Shown here in pieces: positions 21,889 through 36,485 of a stretch of DNA of 64,000 bases. Source of the DNA: Eledone cirrhosa (taxonomy: Eukaryota); assembly GCA_964016885.1 (NCBI GenBank), contig OZ024741.1, positions 15,810,001 through 15,874,000 of the forward strand. Reading direction: 5' to 3'. Position 1 is the first letter of the stretch. Each line of letters opens with the position of its first letter. The translations under genes and the position numbers were made by a program. The notes under the pieces are model-generated. The model saw nothing but the letters and a program-made list of their open reading frames with translations. It was not told where the DNA came from and did no database searches.

Positions 21889-21989
21889 TAAAGGTAAAGC
21901 TATTAATGATGGTTCTGACTGAGGCACTAGGAGAAAGTCCACCCCAGTACCTTACAACTCTTATAATATTTCATAAATGTTTTATTATT

Positions 21990-24900
21990 TTTATATATTA
22001 CTTTGAATGGCTTTTATAAGTATTATTGTGTCACTGCCTCCGTCTCTCCCGCTCTCCCCAACTCTCACTATTATGAGCAATTGGGGGCCATGCTCTGGCC
22101 GCCCCGTGGTCCCGGCGGAAAGAATAGAGAAGGCGTTTCCCCGGAGGATGGTGAGGGAGACGCGTTGGAAGAGCCATTCCAGCTCACGAGGCTCACACCT
22201 GCGGGTAGCCAACTCTGTGTCGATGGTGGTGAGTAGGGTGGTGAGCCTAGGGCCAATAACAGCAGAAGTCTCCACTGCTATGGGGTGCCAACGGTGGAGA
22301 GTAAGGAGGTAACCCTAGGGCCAAGGACAGCAGAAGTCTCCACTGCTATGGGGTGCCAATGGTGGAGAGTAAGGAGGTAACCCTAGGGCCAAGGACAGCA
22401 GAAGTCTCCACTGCTATGGGGTGCCAATGGTGGAGAGTAAGGAGGTAACCCTAGGGCCAAGGACAGCAGAAGTCTCAACTGCTATGGGGTGCCAACGGTG
22501 GAGAGTAAGGAGGTAACCCTAGGGCCAAGGACAGCAGAAGTCTCCACTGCTACGGGGTGCCAACGGTGGAGAGTAAGGAGGTAACCCTAGGGCCAAGGAC
22601 AGCAGAAGTCTCCACTGCTATGGGGTGCCAACGGTGGAGAGTAAGGAGGTAACCCTAGGGCCAAGGACAGCAGAAGTCTCCACTGCTATGGGGTGCCAAT
22701 GGTGGAGAGTAAGGAGGTAACCCTAGGGCCAAGGACAGCAGAAGTCTCCACTGCTATGGGGTGCCAATGGTGGAGAATAAGGAGGTAACCCTAGGGCCAA
22801 GGACAGCAGAAGTCTCAACTGCTATGGGGTGCCAATGGTGGAGAGTAAGGAGGTAACCCTAGGGCCAAGGACAGCAGAAGTCTCAACTGCTATGGGGTTC
22901 CAATGGTGGAGAGTAAGGAGGTAACCCTAGGGCCAAGGACAGCAGAAGTCTCAACTGCTACGGGGTGCCAATGGTGGAGAGTAAGGAGGTAACCCTAGGG
23001 CCAAGGACAGCAGAAGTCTCAACTGCTATGGGGTGCCAATGGTGGAGAGTAAGGAGGTGACCCTAGGGCCAATAACAGCAGAAGTCTCCACTGCTACGGG
23101 GTGCCATTGATGGAGAGTAAGGAGGTGACCCTAGGGCCAATAACAGCAGAAGTCTCAACTGCTATGGGGTGCCAATGGTGGAGAGTAAGGAGGTAACCCT
23201 AGGGCCAAGGACAGCAGAAGTCTCAACTGCTACGGGGTGCCAATGGTGGAGAGTAAGGAGGTGACCCTAGGGCCAAGGACAGCAGAAGTCTCAACTGCTA
23301 TGGGATGCCAATGGTGGAGAGTAAGGAGGTAACCCTAGGGCCAAGGACAGCAGAAGTCTCAACTGCTATGGGGTGCCAATGGTGGAGAGTAAGGAGGTAA
23401 CCCTAGGGCCAAGGATAGCAGAAGTCTCAACTGCTATGGGGTGCCAATGGTGGAGAGTAAGGAGGTGACCCTAGGGCCAATAACAGCAGAAGTCTCCACT
23501 GCTACGGGGTGCCATTGATGGAGAGTAAGGAGGTGACCCTAGGGCCAATAACAGCAGAAGTCTCCACTGCTACGGGGTGCCAACGGTGGAGAGTAAGGAG
23601 GTGACCCTAGGGCCAAGGACAGCAGAAGTCTCAACTGCTATGGGGTGCCAATGGTGGAGAGTAAGGAGGTGACCCTAGGGCCAAGGACAGCAGAAGTCTC
23701 AACTGCTATGGGGTGCCAATGGTGGAGAGTAAGGAGGTGACCCTAGGGCCAAGGACAGCAGAAGTCTCAACTGCTATGGGGTGCCAATGGTGGAGAGTAA
23801 GGAGGTAACCCTAGGGCCAAGGACAGCAGAAGTCTCAACTGCTATGGGGTGCCAATGGTGGAGAGTAAGGAGGTAACCCTAGGGCCAAGGATAGCAGAAG
23901 TCTCAACTGCTATGGGGTGCCAATGGTGGAGAGTAAGGAGGTGACCCTAGGGCCAAGGACAGCAGAAGTCTCAACTGCTATGGGGTGCCAACGGTGGAGA
24001 GTAAGGAGGTGACCCTAGGGCCAATAACAGCAGAAGTCTCAACTGCTATGGGGTGCCAATGGTGGAGAGTAAGGAGGTGACCCTAGGGCCAAGGACAGCA
24101 GAAGTCTCAACTGCTATGGGGTGCCAACGGTGGAGAGTAAGGAGGTGACCCTAGGGCCAAGGACAGCAGAAGTCTCAACTGCTATGGGGTGCCAATGGTG
24201 GAGAGTAAGGAGGTGACCCTAGGGCCAAGGACAGCAGAAGTCTCAACTGCTATGGGGTGCCAATGGTGGAGAGTAAGGAGGTGACCCTAGGGCCAAGGAC
24301 AGCAGAAGTCTCCACTGCTATGGGGTGCCAATGGTGGAGAGTAAGGAGGTAACCCTAGGGCCAAGGACAGCAGAAGTCTCAACTGCTATGGGGTGCCAAT
24401 GGTGGAGAGTAAGGAGGTAACCCTAGGGCCAAGGACAGCAGAAGTCTCAACTGCTATGGGGTGCCAACGGTGGAGAGTAAGGAGGTGACCCTAGGGCCAA
24501 GGACAGCAGAAGTCTCAACTGCTATGGGGTGCCAATGGTGGAGAGTAAGGAGGTAACCCTAGGGCCAAGGACAGCAGAAGTCTCAACTGCTATGGGGTGC
24601 CAATGGTGGAGAGTAAGGAGGTGACCCTAGGGCCAAGGACAGCAGAAGTCTCAACTGCTATGGGGTGCCAACGGTGGAGAGTAAGGAGGTGACCCTAGGG
24701 CCAAGGACAGCAGAAGTCTCAACTGCTATGGGGTGCCAATGGTGGAGAGTAAGGAGGTAACCCTAGGGCCAAGGACAGCAGAAGTCTCAACTGCTATGGG
24801 TGCCAACGGTGGAGAGTAAGGAGGTGACCCTAGGGCCAAGGACAGCAGAAGTCTCAACTGCTATGGGGTGCCAATGGTGGAGAGTAATGAGGTAACCCTA

Positions 24901-25377
24901 GGGCCAAGGACAGCAGAAGTCTCAACTGCTATGGGGTGCCAATGGTGGAGAGTAAGGAGGTGACCCTAGGGCCAAGGACAGCAGAAGTCTCAACTGCTAT
25001 GGGGTGCCAATGGTGGAGAGTAAGGAGGTAACCCTAGGGCCAAGGACAGCAGAAGTCTCAACTGCTATGGGGTGCCAATGGTGGAGAGTAAGGAGGTGAC
25101 CCTAGGGCCAAGGACAGCAGAAGTCTCAACTGCTATGGGGTGCCAATGGTGGAGAGTAAGGAGGTGACCCTAGGGCCAAGGACAGCAGAAGTCTCAACTG
25201 CTATGGGGTGCCAATGGTGGAGAGTAAGGAGGTGACCCTAGGGCCAAGGACAGCAGAAGTCTCCACTGCTATGGGGTGCCAACGGTGGAGAGTAAGGAGG
25301 TGACCCTAGGGCCAAGGACAGCAGAAGTCTCCACTGCTACGGGCTCGACCACAAACCTGTCGGAGAGTGACCAGTAC
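21990..25377 (-). mobile_element. CRE-clade (RLE-type) non-LTR retrotransposon 3' fragment, interrupted by an internal minisatellite
   Basis: Removing the array gives YWSLSDRFVVEPVAVETSAV(L/I)GPR...ELATRRCEPRELEWLFQRVSLTILRGNAFSILS, matching the P-A-VET-G...LFQRLS-A--RGNA end of CRE-type restriction-like endonuclease domains. Confidence 0.75.
22261..25342. repeat. 68-bp minisatellite, ~45 copies, derived from CRE coding sequence
   Basis: Unit agcagaagtctc(c/a)actgctatggggtgccaa(c/t)ggtggagagtaaggaggt(a/g)accctagggccaaggac. Period 68; (25320-22261)/68 is about 45. Confidence 0.97.
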
Positions 25378-25379
25378 GC

Positions 25380-25490
25380 AAGTATGAAAGGTGAAGCTAA
25401 TCTCGGGGGGGATTTGAACTCAGAATGTAAAGGAACGTAACTCTATACCGCGAAGCATGGTGTCTGGTGCTCTACCAATACTGCTAACAA
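25380..25490 (-). mobile_element. Partial family 1 SINE (head plus start of core)
   Basis: atgaaaggtgaagctaatctcgggggggatttgaactcagaat...ctctaccaatactgctaa. Confidence 0.7.
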
Positions 25491-26324
25491 ATTAATTAAT
25501 TATGATGGTAAATTAATTACTATTTAACTCTAGTGCCTAATGTGTTTGCGTTTATTTTTTTGGTGGGGTGTCAGAGGTGTATTGAGGGGATATGACTGGG
25601 CTGTCGACAGAGACTAGTGGTTGTTTTTATTGGATTCAAGTGGTCAGACCCCTAAATACTCGTGAACACCCATACACACACATACACACACACACACACA
25701 CACACATACACACACACACATACACACACACACACACACCCATACATACATACATACACACACACACATACACATACACACACACACCCATACACACACA
25801 CACACACATAGACACACACACACACATACACACATACACATACACATACACATGTACGTATAAGTATATATGTGTATTTGCACGCATATTTGAGCGTTTA
25901 GCAATTAGTTTTAAAACACTTAAGTGACGTCTTTGCTCATCATGGTGGAATTATAAGTTTTACTTCCTTCATAATAATTGCAATGGCGCTGTTAGTCACG
26001 TACCTCTAAAGATGGCTAGAAGCGTGTTCGAAATATTTGTGTTTAGCATTAGTTTACAGTGTTGAAATATCCTCAACTAGGATGAAAGATACAGACAAGA
26101 TAAATTAGTTAGTGTCGTCCTAGACCTTGTCTCCGACTGACATGTATTAATGGATAACTGGTGTATAGAATTAAACACACAGGCACACATGTATTGTCTA
26201 TATATATACATGTGTGTGTGTAGTGGTGTGTGTGTGTGTGGTTGTGTGTGTAGTGGTGTGTGTAGTTGTGTGTAGTGTTTATGATTATATATAATTAAAG
26301 ATGTGCTTCGGTTTGTGTGTAGGC

Positions 26325-27045
<721 letters not shown>

Positions 27046-27159
27046 TAATCATCTTAGTTATGTAGGTCATGTCTTTAATCAAAGCGTCTTTGTAAATATT
27101 GTTGATCAACAACAACAACAAATCTAAAGTGATCACAATCGATTAGTTTACATGTAAGG

Positions 27160-29640
27160 CTGGTGGGGGTGGGCGTGGCAGTGGAGGTGGGGGTGATGGT
27201 GGTGTTGGGGTGATGAGGGTGGCAGTGGAGGTGGGGGTGATGGGGGTGTTGGGGGATGAGGGTGGCAGTGGAGGTGGGGGTGATGGTGGTGTTGGGGTGA
27301 TGAGGGTGGCAGTGGAGGTGGGGGTGATGGGGGTGTTGGGGGATGAGGGTGGCAGTGGGGGTGAGGGTGATGGTGGTGTTGGGGTGATGAGGGTGGCAGT
27401 GGAGGTGGGGGTGATGGGGGTGTTGGGGGGATGAGGGTGGCAGTGGAGGTGGGGGTGATGGTGGTGTTGGGGGATGAGGGTGGCAGTGGAGGTGGGGGGA
27501 TGGGGGTGTTGGGGGGATGAGGGTGGCAGTGGAGGTGGGGGTGATCGTGGTGTTGGGGGGATGAGGGTGGCAGTGGAGATGGGGGTGATGGGGGTGTTGG
27601 GGGATGAGGGTGGCAGTGGAGGTGGGGGTGATGGGGTGTTGGGGATGAGGGTGGCAGTGGAGGTGGGGGTGATGGGGGTGTTGGGGGGATGAGGGTGGCA
27701 GTGGAGGTGGGGGTGATGGTGGTGTTGGGGGGATGAGGGTGGCAGTGGAGGTGGGGGTGACGGGGGTGTTGGGGGGATGAGGGTGGCAGTGGAGGTGGGG
27801 GTGATGGGGATGTTGGGGGGATGAGGGTGGCAGTGGAGGTGGGGGTGATCGTGGTGTTGGGGGGATGAGGGTGGCAGTGGAGGTGGGGTTGATGGTGGTG
27901 TTGGGGGGATGAGGGTGGCAGTGGAGGTGGTGGTGATGGTGGTGTTGGGGGGATGAGGGTGGCAGTGGAGGTGGGGGTGATGGTGGTTTTGGGGGGATGA
28001 GGGTGGCAGTGGAGGTGGGGGTGATCGTGGTGTTGGGGGGATGAGGGTGGCAGTGGATGTGGGGTTGATGGTGGTGTTGGGGGGATGAGGGTGGCAGTGG
28101 AGGTGGGGGTGATGGTGGTGTTGGGGGGATGAGGGTGGCAGTGGAGGTGGGGGTCATGGGGTGTTGGGGGGATGAGGGTGCCATGGAGGTGGGGGTGATG
28201 GTGGTGTTGGGGGGATGAGGGTGGCAGTGGAGGTGGGGGTGATGGGGGTGTTGGGGGGATGAGGGTGGCAGTGGAGGTGGGGGTGATCGTGGTGGTGGGG
28301 GGATGAGGGTGGCAGTGGAGGTGGGGTTGATGGTGGTGTTGGGGGGATGAGGGTGACAGTGGAGGTGGGGATGATGGTGGTGTTGGGGGGATGAGGGTGG
28401 CAGTGGAGGTGGGGTTGATGGTGGTGTTGGGGGGATGAGGGTGGCAGTGGAGGTGGGGGTGATCGTGGTGGTGGGGGGATGAGGGTGGCAGTGGAGGTGG
28501 GGTTGATGGTGGTGTTGGGGGGATGAGGGTGCCAGTGGGGAGGTGGGGGTGATGGTGGTGTTGGAGGGATGAGGGTGGCAGTAGAGGTGGGGTTGATGGT
28601 GGTGTTGGGGGGATGAGGGTGGCAGTGGAGGTGGGGGTGATGATGGTGTTGGGGGGATGAGGGTGGCAGTGGAGGTGGGGTTGATGGTGGTGTTGGGGGG
28701 ATGAGGGTGGCAGTGGAGGTGGGGTTGATGGTGGTGTTGGGGGGATGAGGGTGGCAGTGGAGGTGGGGGTGATCGTGGTGTTGGGGGGATGAGGGTGGCA
28801 GTGGAGGTGGGGGTGATCGTGGTGGTGGGGGGATGAGGGTGGCAGTAGAGGTGGGGGTGATCGTGGTGGTGGGGGGATGAGGGTGGCAGTGGAGGTGGGG
28901 GTGATGGGGGTGTTGGAGGGATGAGGGTGGCAGTGGAGGTGGGGTTGATGGTGGTGTTGGGGGGATGAGGGTGGCAGTGAAGGTGGGGGTGATGATGGTG
29001 TTCGGGGGGTGAGGGTGGCAGTGGAGGTGGGGGTGATGGTGGTGTTGGGGGAATGAGGGTGGCAGTAGAGGTGGGGTGATGGGTGTGTTGGTGGGATGAG
29101 GGTGGCAGTGGAGATGGGGTTGATGGTGGTGTTGGGGGGATGAGGGTGGCAGTAGAGGTGGGGATGATGGTGGTGTTGGGGGGATGAGGGTAGCAGTGGA
29201 GGTGGGGGTGATGGTGGCGTTGGCGGGATGAGGGTGGCAGTGGAGGTGGGGGTGATGGTGCTGTTGGAGGGATGAGTGTGGCAGTGGAGGTGGGGGTGAT
29301 GGTGGTGTTGGGGGGATGAGGGTGACGGTGGAGGTGGGGGTGATGGGGTGTTGGGGTGAGGTGGCAGTGGTAAAGCTGGTGGGGTGGCGGTGGAGATGGG
29401 GGTGATGGGGGTGTTGGGGTGAGCTGGCAGTGGTGGAGCTGGTGGGGTGGCGGTGGAGATGGGGGTGATGATGGTGTTGGGGGGTTAAGGGTGGCAGTGG
29501 AGATGGGGGTGATGGTGGTATTGGAGTGAGATGGCAGTGGTGGAGGTGGTGGGGTTGCGGTGGAGATGGGGGTGATGGCGGTGTTGGGGTGTGGTGGCAG
29601 TGGAGATGGGGGTAACTATGGTGTTGGCGCTAATGATCGT
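27160..29640. repeat. G-rich ~44-bp minisatellite (G-quadruplex-prone)
   Basis: Unit ggggggatgagggtggcagtggaggtgggggtgatggtggtgtt with length variants. Confidence 0.95.
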
Positions 29641-29740
29641 GTTGGTGGAGATGGTGGTCGTGTTGGCGGTGGCTGAGGTTGACGTCGTCATGAGTTGGTG
29701 GTGGCGGCGGACGTGGTGTTGGGATGGAGATGGTGGTGGC

Positions 29741-32222
29741 GAGGTGTCACAGAGATAGAAGGGCGTGTCATGGTGGTAGTGTATGGTAGGGTGGGGAGGT
29801 GTCACAGATATAAAAGGGGGTGTCATGGTGGTAGTGTATGGTAGGGTGGAGAGGTGTCACAGATATAAAAGGGGGTGTCATGGTGGTAGTGTATGGTAGG
29901 GTGGAGAGGTGTCACAGAGATAGAAGGGCGTGTCATGGTTGGAGTGTATGGTAGGGTGGGGAGGTGTCACAGAGATAGAAGGGGGTGTCATGGTTGGAGT
30001 GTATGGTAGGGTGGGGAGGTGTCACAGAGATAGAAGGGGGTGTCATGGTTGGAGTGTATGGTAGGGTGGGGAGGTGTCACAGAGATAGAAGGGGGTGTCA
30101 TGGTTGGAGTGTATGGTAGGGTGGGGAGGTGTCACAGAGATAGAAGGGGGTGTCATGGTTGGAGTGTATGGTAGGGTGGGGAGGTGTCACAGAGATAGAA
30201 GGGGGTGTCATGGTGGTAGTGTATGGTAGGGTGGGGAGGTGTCACAGAGATAGAAGGGGGTGTCATGGTGGTAGTGTATGGTAGGGTGGGGAGGTGTCAC
30301 AGAGATAGAAGGGGGTGTCATGGTGGTAGTGTATGGTAGGGTGGAGAGGTGTCACAGAGATAGAAGGGCGTGTCATGGTTGGAGTGTATGGTAGGGTGGG
30401 GAGGTGTCACAGAGATAGAAGGGGGTGTCATGGTTGGAGTGTATGGTAGGGTGGGGAGGTGTCACAGAGATAGAAGGGGGTGTCATGGTTGGAGTGTATG
30501 GTAGGGTGGGGAGGTGTCACAGAGATAGAAGGGGGTGTCATGGTTGGAGTGTATGGTAGGGTGGGGTGGTGTCACAGAGATAGAAGGGGGTGTCATGGTT
30601 GGAGTGTATGGTAGGGTGGGGAGGTGTCACAGAGATAGAAGGGGGTGTCATGGTTGGAGTGTATGGTAGGGTGGGGAGGTGTCACAGAGATAGAAGGGGG
30701 TGTCATGGTGCTAGTGTATGGTAGGGTGGGGAGGTGTCACAGAGATAGAAGGGGGTGTCATGGTTGGAGTGTATGGTAGGGTGGGGAGGTGTCACAGAGA
30801 TAGAAGGGGGTGTCATGGTTGGAGTGTATGGTAGGGTGGGGAGGTGTCACAGAGATAGAAGGGGGTGTCATGGTTGGAGTGTATGGTAGGGTGGGGAGGT
30901 GTCACAGATATAGAAGGGGGTGTCATGGTGGTAGTGTATGGTAGGGTGGGGAGGTGTCACAGAGATAGAAGGGGGTGTCATGGTGGTAGTGTATGGTAGG
31001 GTGGGGAGGTGTCACAGAGATAGAAGGGGGTGTCATGGTTGGAGTGTATGGTAGGGTGGGGTGGTGTCACAGAGATAGAAGGGGGTGTCATGGTTGGAGT
31101 GTATGGTAGGGTGGGGAGGTGTCACAGAGATAGAAGGGCGTGTCATGGTTGGAGTGTATGGTAGGGTGGGGTGGTGTCACAGAGATAGAAGGGGGTGTCA
31201 TGGTTGGAGTGTATGGTAGGGTGGGGTGGTGTCACAGAGATAGAAGGGGGTGTCATGGTTGGAGTGTATGGTAGGGTGGGGAGGTGTCACAGAGATAGAA
31301 GGGCGTGTCATGGTTGGAGTGTATGGTAGGGTGGGGAGGTGTCACAGAGATAGAAGGGGGTGTCATGGTTGGAGTGTATGGTAGGGTGGGGAGGTGTCAC
31401 AGAGATAGAAGGGGTGTCATGGTTGGAGTGTATGGTAGGGTGGGGAGGTGTCACAGAGATAGAAGGGGGTGTCATGGTTGGAGTGTATGGTAGGGTGGGG
31501 AGGTGTCACAGAGATAGAAGGGGGTGTCATGGTTGGAGTGTATGGTAGGGTGGGGAGGTGTCACAGAGATAGAAGGGGGTGTCATGGTTGGAGTGTATGG
31601 TAGGGTGGGGAGGTGTCACAGAGATAGAAGGGGTGTCATGGTTGGAGTGTATGGTAGGGTGGGGAGGTGTCACAGAGATAGAAGGGGGTGTCATGGTTGG
31701 AGTGTATGGTAGGGTGGGGAGGTGTCACAGAGATAGAAGGGGGTGTCATGGTTGGAGTGTATGGTAGGGTGGGGAGGTGTCACAGAGATAGAAGGGGGTG
31801 TCATGGTTGGAGTGTATGGTAGGGTGGGGAGGTGTCACAGAGATAGAAGGGGGTGTCATGGTTGGAGTGTATGGTAGGGTGGGGAGGTGTCACAGAGATA
31901 GAAGGGGGTGTCATGGTTGGAGTGTATGGTAGGGTGGGGAGGTGTCACAGAGATAGAAGGGGGTGTCATGGTTGCAGTGTATGGGAGGGTGAGGGAGAAG
32001 GTGGTGGTGTAGTGTCAAGGAAGGTGTCACAGAGATAGAAGGGGGTGTCATGGTGGTAGTGTATGAGAGGGTGGGGAGGTGTCACAGAGATAGAAGGGGG
32101 TGTCATGGTTGGAGTGTATGGTAGGGTGGAGAGGTATCACAGAGATAGAAGGGGGTGTCATGGTGGTAGTGTATGGTAGGGTGGGGTGGTGTCACCCAGA
32201 TAGAAGGGGGTGTCATGGTTGG
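29741..32222. repeat. 55-bp minisatellite, ~45 highly homogeneous copies
   Basis: Unit ggtgtcacagagatagaagggggtgtcatggttggagtgtatggtagggtgggga. Confidence 0.97.
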
Positions 32223-32269
32223 TGACATTGCTGTCGTAGTGTTGGAGACAGTGAAGGAAATAGTGGTAA

Positions 32270-32405
32270 TAACTTTCTACTTTTCACACACGGCTAACAA
32301 TTAGAAATGAAGGGCAATGTTAATTAAATAGACCCGAATGTATTACTGGTACCTTATTTTATCGAACCCTGTAAGGATGAAAGTCAAAGCTAACCTGAGC
32401 GGGAT
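32270..32405 (-). mobile_element. Partial diverged family 1 SINE
   Basis: tattactggtaccttattttatcgaaccctgtaaggatgaaagtcaaagctaacc. Confidence 0.65.
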
Positions 32406-32585
32406 GGTGGTGACGGCGGCGACAAACATGATGATGATGATGATTATGATGATGATGATGATGATGGTGATGGTGATGGTGTGTGATGGTGGTGGTGATG
32501 GTGATGTTGTTGGTGGTGGTTGTGTTGCTGTTGTTGGTGGTGGTGGTGTCTATTCTGAGCTAATTGATTCCGGTCATCGACCTAA

Positions 32586-33413
32586 CCATCACCACCATCA
32601 CCACCACCATCATCTTCACCACCACTATCACCACCATCACCATCATCACCATCACCATCATCTTCACCATCACCATCACCACCACCATCACCACCACCAT
32701 CACCACCATCACCACCATCACCACCACCATCACCACCACCATCACCACCATCACCACCATCACCATCACCATCACCACCACCATCACCATCACCACCACC
32801 ATCACCACCATCACCATCATCACCATCACCATCATCTTCACCATCACCATCACCATCACCACCCCCATCATCTTCACCATCACCATCACCACCATCACCA
32901 CCATCACCACCATCACCATCACCATCATCTTCACCATCACCATCACCACCACCATCACCACCACCATCACCACCATCACCACCATCACCACCACCATCAC
33001 CACCACCATCACCACCATCACCACCATCACCATCACCATCACCACCACCATCACCATCATCTTCACCATCACCATCACCACCACCATCACCACCCCCATC
33101 ACCATCACCATCACCATCACCATCACCACCATCATCACCATCACCACCACCATCACCACCATCACCACCATCACCATCACCACCCCCATCACCATCACCA
33201 TCACCATCACCATCACCACCACCATCACCATCACCATCACCACCACCATCACCATCACCATCACCATCACCACCGCCATCACCATCACCACCACCATCAC
33301 CACCATCACCACCATCACCATCACCATCACCACCACCATCACCATCACCACCACCATCACCACCATCACCACCATCACTATCACCATCACCACCACCATC
33401 ACCATCACCACCA
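32586..33413. repeat. (CAC/CAT)n trinucleotide array
   Basis: Direct reading. The poly-His ORF is an artefact. Confidence 0.97.
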
Positions 33414-33565
33414 CGTCTCCTCCTATTTAAGGGGTTTGTTGAACAGATAAAGTTTAGTGAGAAGGTGAGTGGGTGTACATAGGAAAGACTGCCAATCTCT
33501 CCCTCTCCCTCTCTCACTCTTTCACTCTCTCATTCTCACTTTCTCCCGCTATCTCGCCCTCACTT

Positions 33566-33577
<12 letters not shown>

Positions 33578-33598
<21 letters not shown>

Positions 33599-33640
33599 TT
33601 ATATATAAATGAAAGGTATAGAAAATATTGTAGCAAAAAG

Positions 33641-33677
<37 letters not shown>

Positions 33678-33724
33678 CTATATATATATATATATACCTA
33701 TATATATATATATATATATATATA

Positions 33725-33807
<83 letters not shown>

Positions 33808-33813
33808 ATATAT

Positions 33814-33904
<91 letters not shown>

Positions 33905-34038
33905 TATATATATATATGTATGTATATATCCTTATACTAAATAATATGTATCCACAGGTATATGCCTATGTATAGAAAGATTTATACTTATGTATGTATA
34001 TATGTATGCATATATGTATGTATATATGTATGTCTATG

Positions 34039-34071
<33 letters not shown>

Positions 34072-34178
34072 GTATATATGTATGCATATATGTATGTATA
34101 TATGCATGTATATGTATATATATATATGTATGTATGTATATATGTATGTATATATGTATGCATATATGTATGTCTATG

Positions 34179-34211
<33 letters not shown>

Positions 34212-34624
34212 GTATATATGTCTGCATATATGTATGTATATATGCATGTATATGTATATATATATGTATGTATGTATGTATATATGTATGCATATATGTA
34301 TGTATATATGTATGCATATATGTATGTATATGTATGTATATATATATATATGTATGTATGTATATATGTATGCATATATGTATGTATGTGTGTATATGTA
34401 TGTATATATATATGTATGTATGTATATATGTATGCATATATGTATGTATATACGTATGTATATGTATGTATATATATGTTTGTATGTATATATGTATGTA
34501 TATATGTATGTATATGTATGTATATATATATATGTATGTATCTATGTATGTATATATGTATGTAAGTATATATGTATGTATATATACATATGTATGTAAG
34601 TATATATGTATGTATATATGTATG

Positions 34625-34655
<31 letters not shown>

Positions 34656-34902
34656 ATATGTATATATGTATGCATATATGTATGCATATATGTATGTATG
34701 TGTGTATATGTATGTATATATATATATATGTATGTATATATGTATGCATATATGCATGTATATACGTATGTATATGTATGTATATATATATATGCATGTA
34801 TGTATATATGTATGTATATATGTATGTATATGTATGTATATATATATATGTATGTATCTATGTATGTATATATGTATGTAAGTATATATGTATGTATATA
34901 TG

Positions 34903-34957
<55 letters not shown>

Positions 34958-35005
34958 ATATGTATATATATATATAGGTATGTATGTATATATGCATGTG
35001 TGTAT
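33578..35005. repeat. (TA)n and (TATG)n compound microsatellite
   Basis: Direct reading. Confidence 0.97.
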
Positions 35006-35163
35006 ACAAGTTTTAACACGTGTTTATACACGTCCCTTGTCAATTATTTAAAAATTAAGACATATTAGCTGCAAATTAAAAAGTAATACTTCAGACGCCG
35101 ATGGATCGACTTTGTAAGAAATTAGCTCTAGAAAGATGGACATATCTACAGCTTGAATTAGAC

Positions 35164-35202
35164 ATGACGTCATTGGTCACGCGAGATCTGGTTGTAGCCA
35201 AT
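35164..35202. promoter_or_regulatory. Candidate promoter motif cluster: CRE palindrome, two CCAAT boxes and a CGCG-like element
   Basis: ATGACGTCAT 35164-35173, ATTGG 35172-35176, TCACGCGAGA 35177-35186, GCCAAT 35197-35202. Confidence 0.35.
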
Positions 35203-35638
35203 GGAAAACAGAAGCAACATCCAGCCCATGATATTTTCTGTAACATAAAGTGAAATTAAACGATAGCAGCCATATCTACATTTATTTGCTCCTGACGATA
35301 AGACTAGGGAAGTCTTGAAACGAGTATGGACCTCAGAAATGTGTTGTTCCAAAAACATAAAAAGGGAAAACAAAATGAATGACAGATAGGAAAGTGTGGG
35401 AAAATGCTTATTATAAAAACCAAACATTAAAACTGAAGAACCGTTGTGTTTGCAATAACACACACACACATATATATATATATATGTATATATATATATT
35501 TAAGGAGGAAATGGTTCCTCATATACACACTCGTACGCGCGCACACATTCACATACACATGTATACAGATATATATGTGTCTGTGTATGTATATATTTAT
35601 AAATATATATACATATATATTTATATGAAGAAATATAT

Positions 35639-35688
<50 letters not shown>

Positions 35689-36059
35689 ATATGCATATAT
35701 ATATTTATATAAAGAAATATATATATACACACACATATATACATATGTGTATATATATAGTGTATGTGTATGTATGTACATATGAATGTGTGTGTATGTA
35801 CGAGCAACACTTTACTCATCAGTGTGGTGTATATTTTACCATCTGTTGTCTTAAACTTGACATTAGTCGCCCCGCCAGTCACCTCTCCGCCTCAGCTGAA
35901 AAGGTCCTTCAATTAAGGTTCTCACCTCACTGCGCTCTCATCTCTTCAACCCGACAGAATGCAGGTTCCATCTGTCTTAAGGCCCCTTCTATCTTACCGT
36001 CTCCAATCCAAAAAATTGGTAACTGAATTTTTCATTACCTTCATTATTTTCATGTTTGT

Positions 36060-36095
36060 CATCGCCACTACCATCATCATCATCATCATCATCAA

Positions 36096-36136
<41 letters not shown>

Positions 36137-36152
36137 ACATCATCATCATCAT

Positions 36153-36183
<31 letters not shown>

Positions 36184-36208
36184 GTCATCATCATCGTCAT
36201 CGTCATCG

Positions 36209-36258
<50 letters not shown>

Positions 36259-36314
36259 GTCATCATCATCATCAATATCATCATCGTCATCATCACCATC
36301 ATCATCATCTTCGC

Positions 36315-36348
<34 letters not shown>

Positions 36349-36485
36349 GTCGTCATCATCATCATGTTTGTCGCCGCCGTCACTATCATCAACATCATCA
36401 TCACTTCATCATTATCATCATCATTATCATCATCATCGTTATCATCATCCTACCGCCATCATCATTATGTTTGTCATCACCATCC
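36060..36485. repeat. (CAT)n microsatellite
   Basis: Direct reading. Confidence 0.95.

Noticed and set aside
22261-25342. CRISPR-like appearance of the regular 68-, 55-, 45- and 31-bp arrays
   Set aside because: Units are contiguous tandem copies with no unique spacers, there are no cas genes, and the context is eukaryotic.
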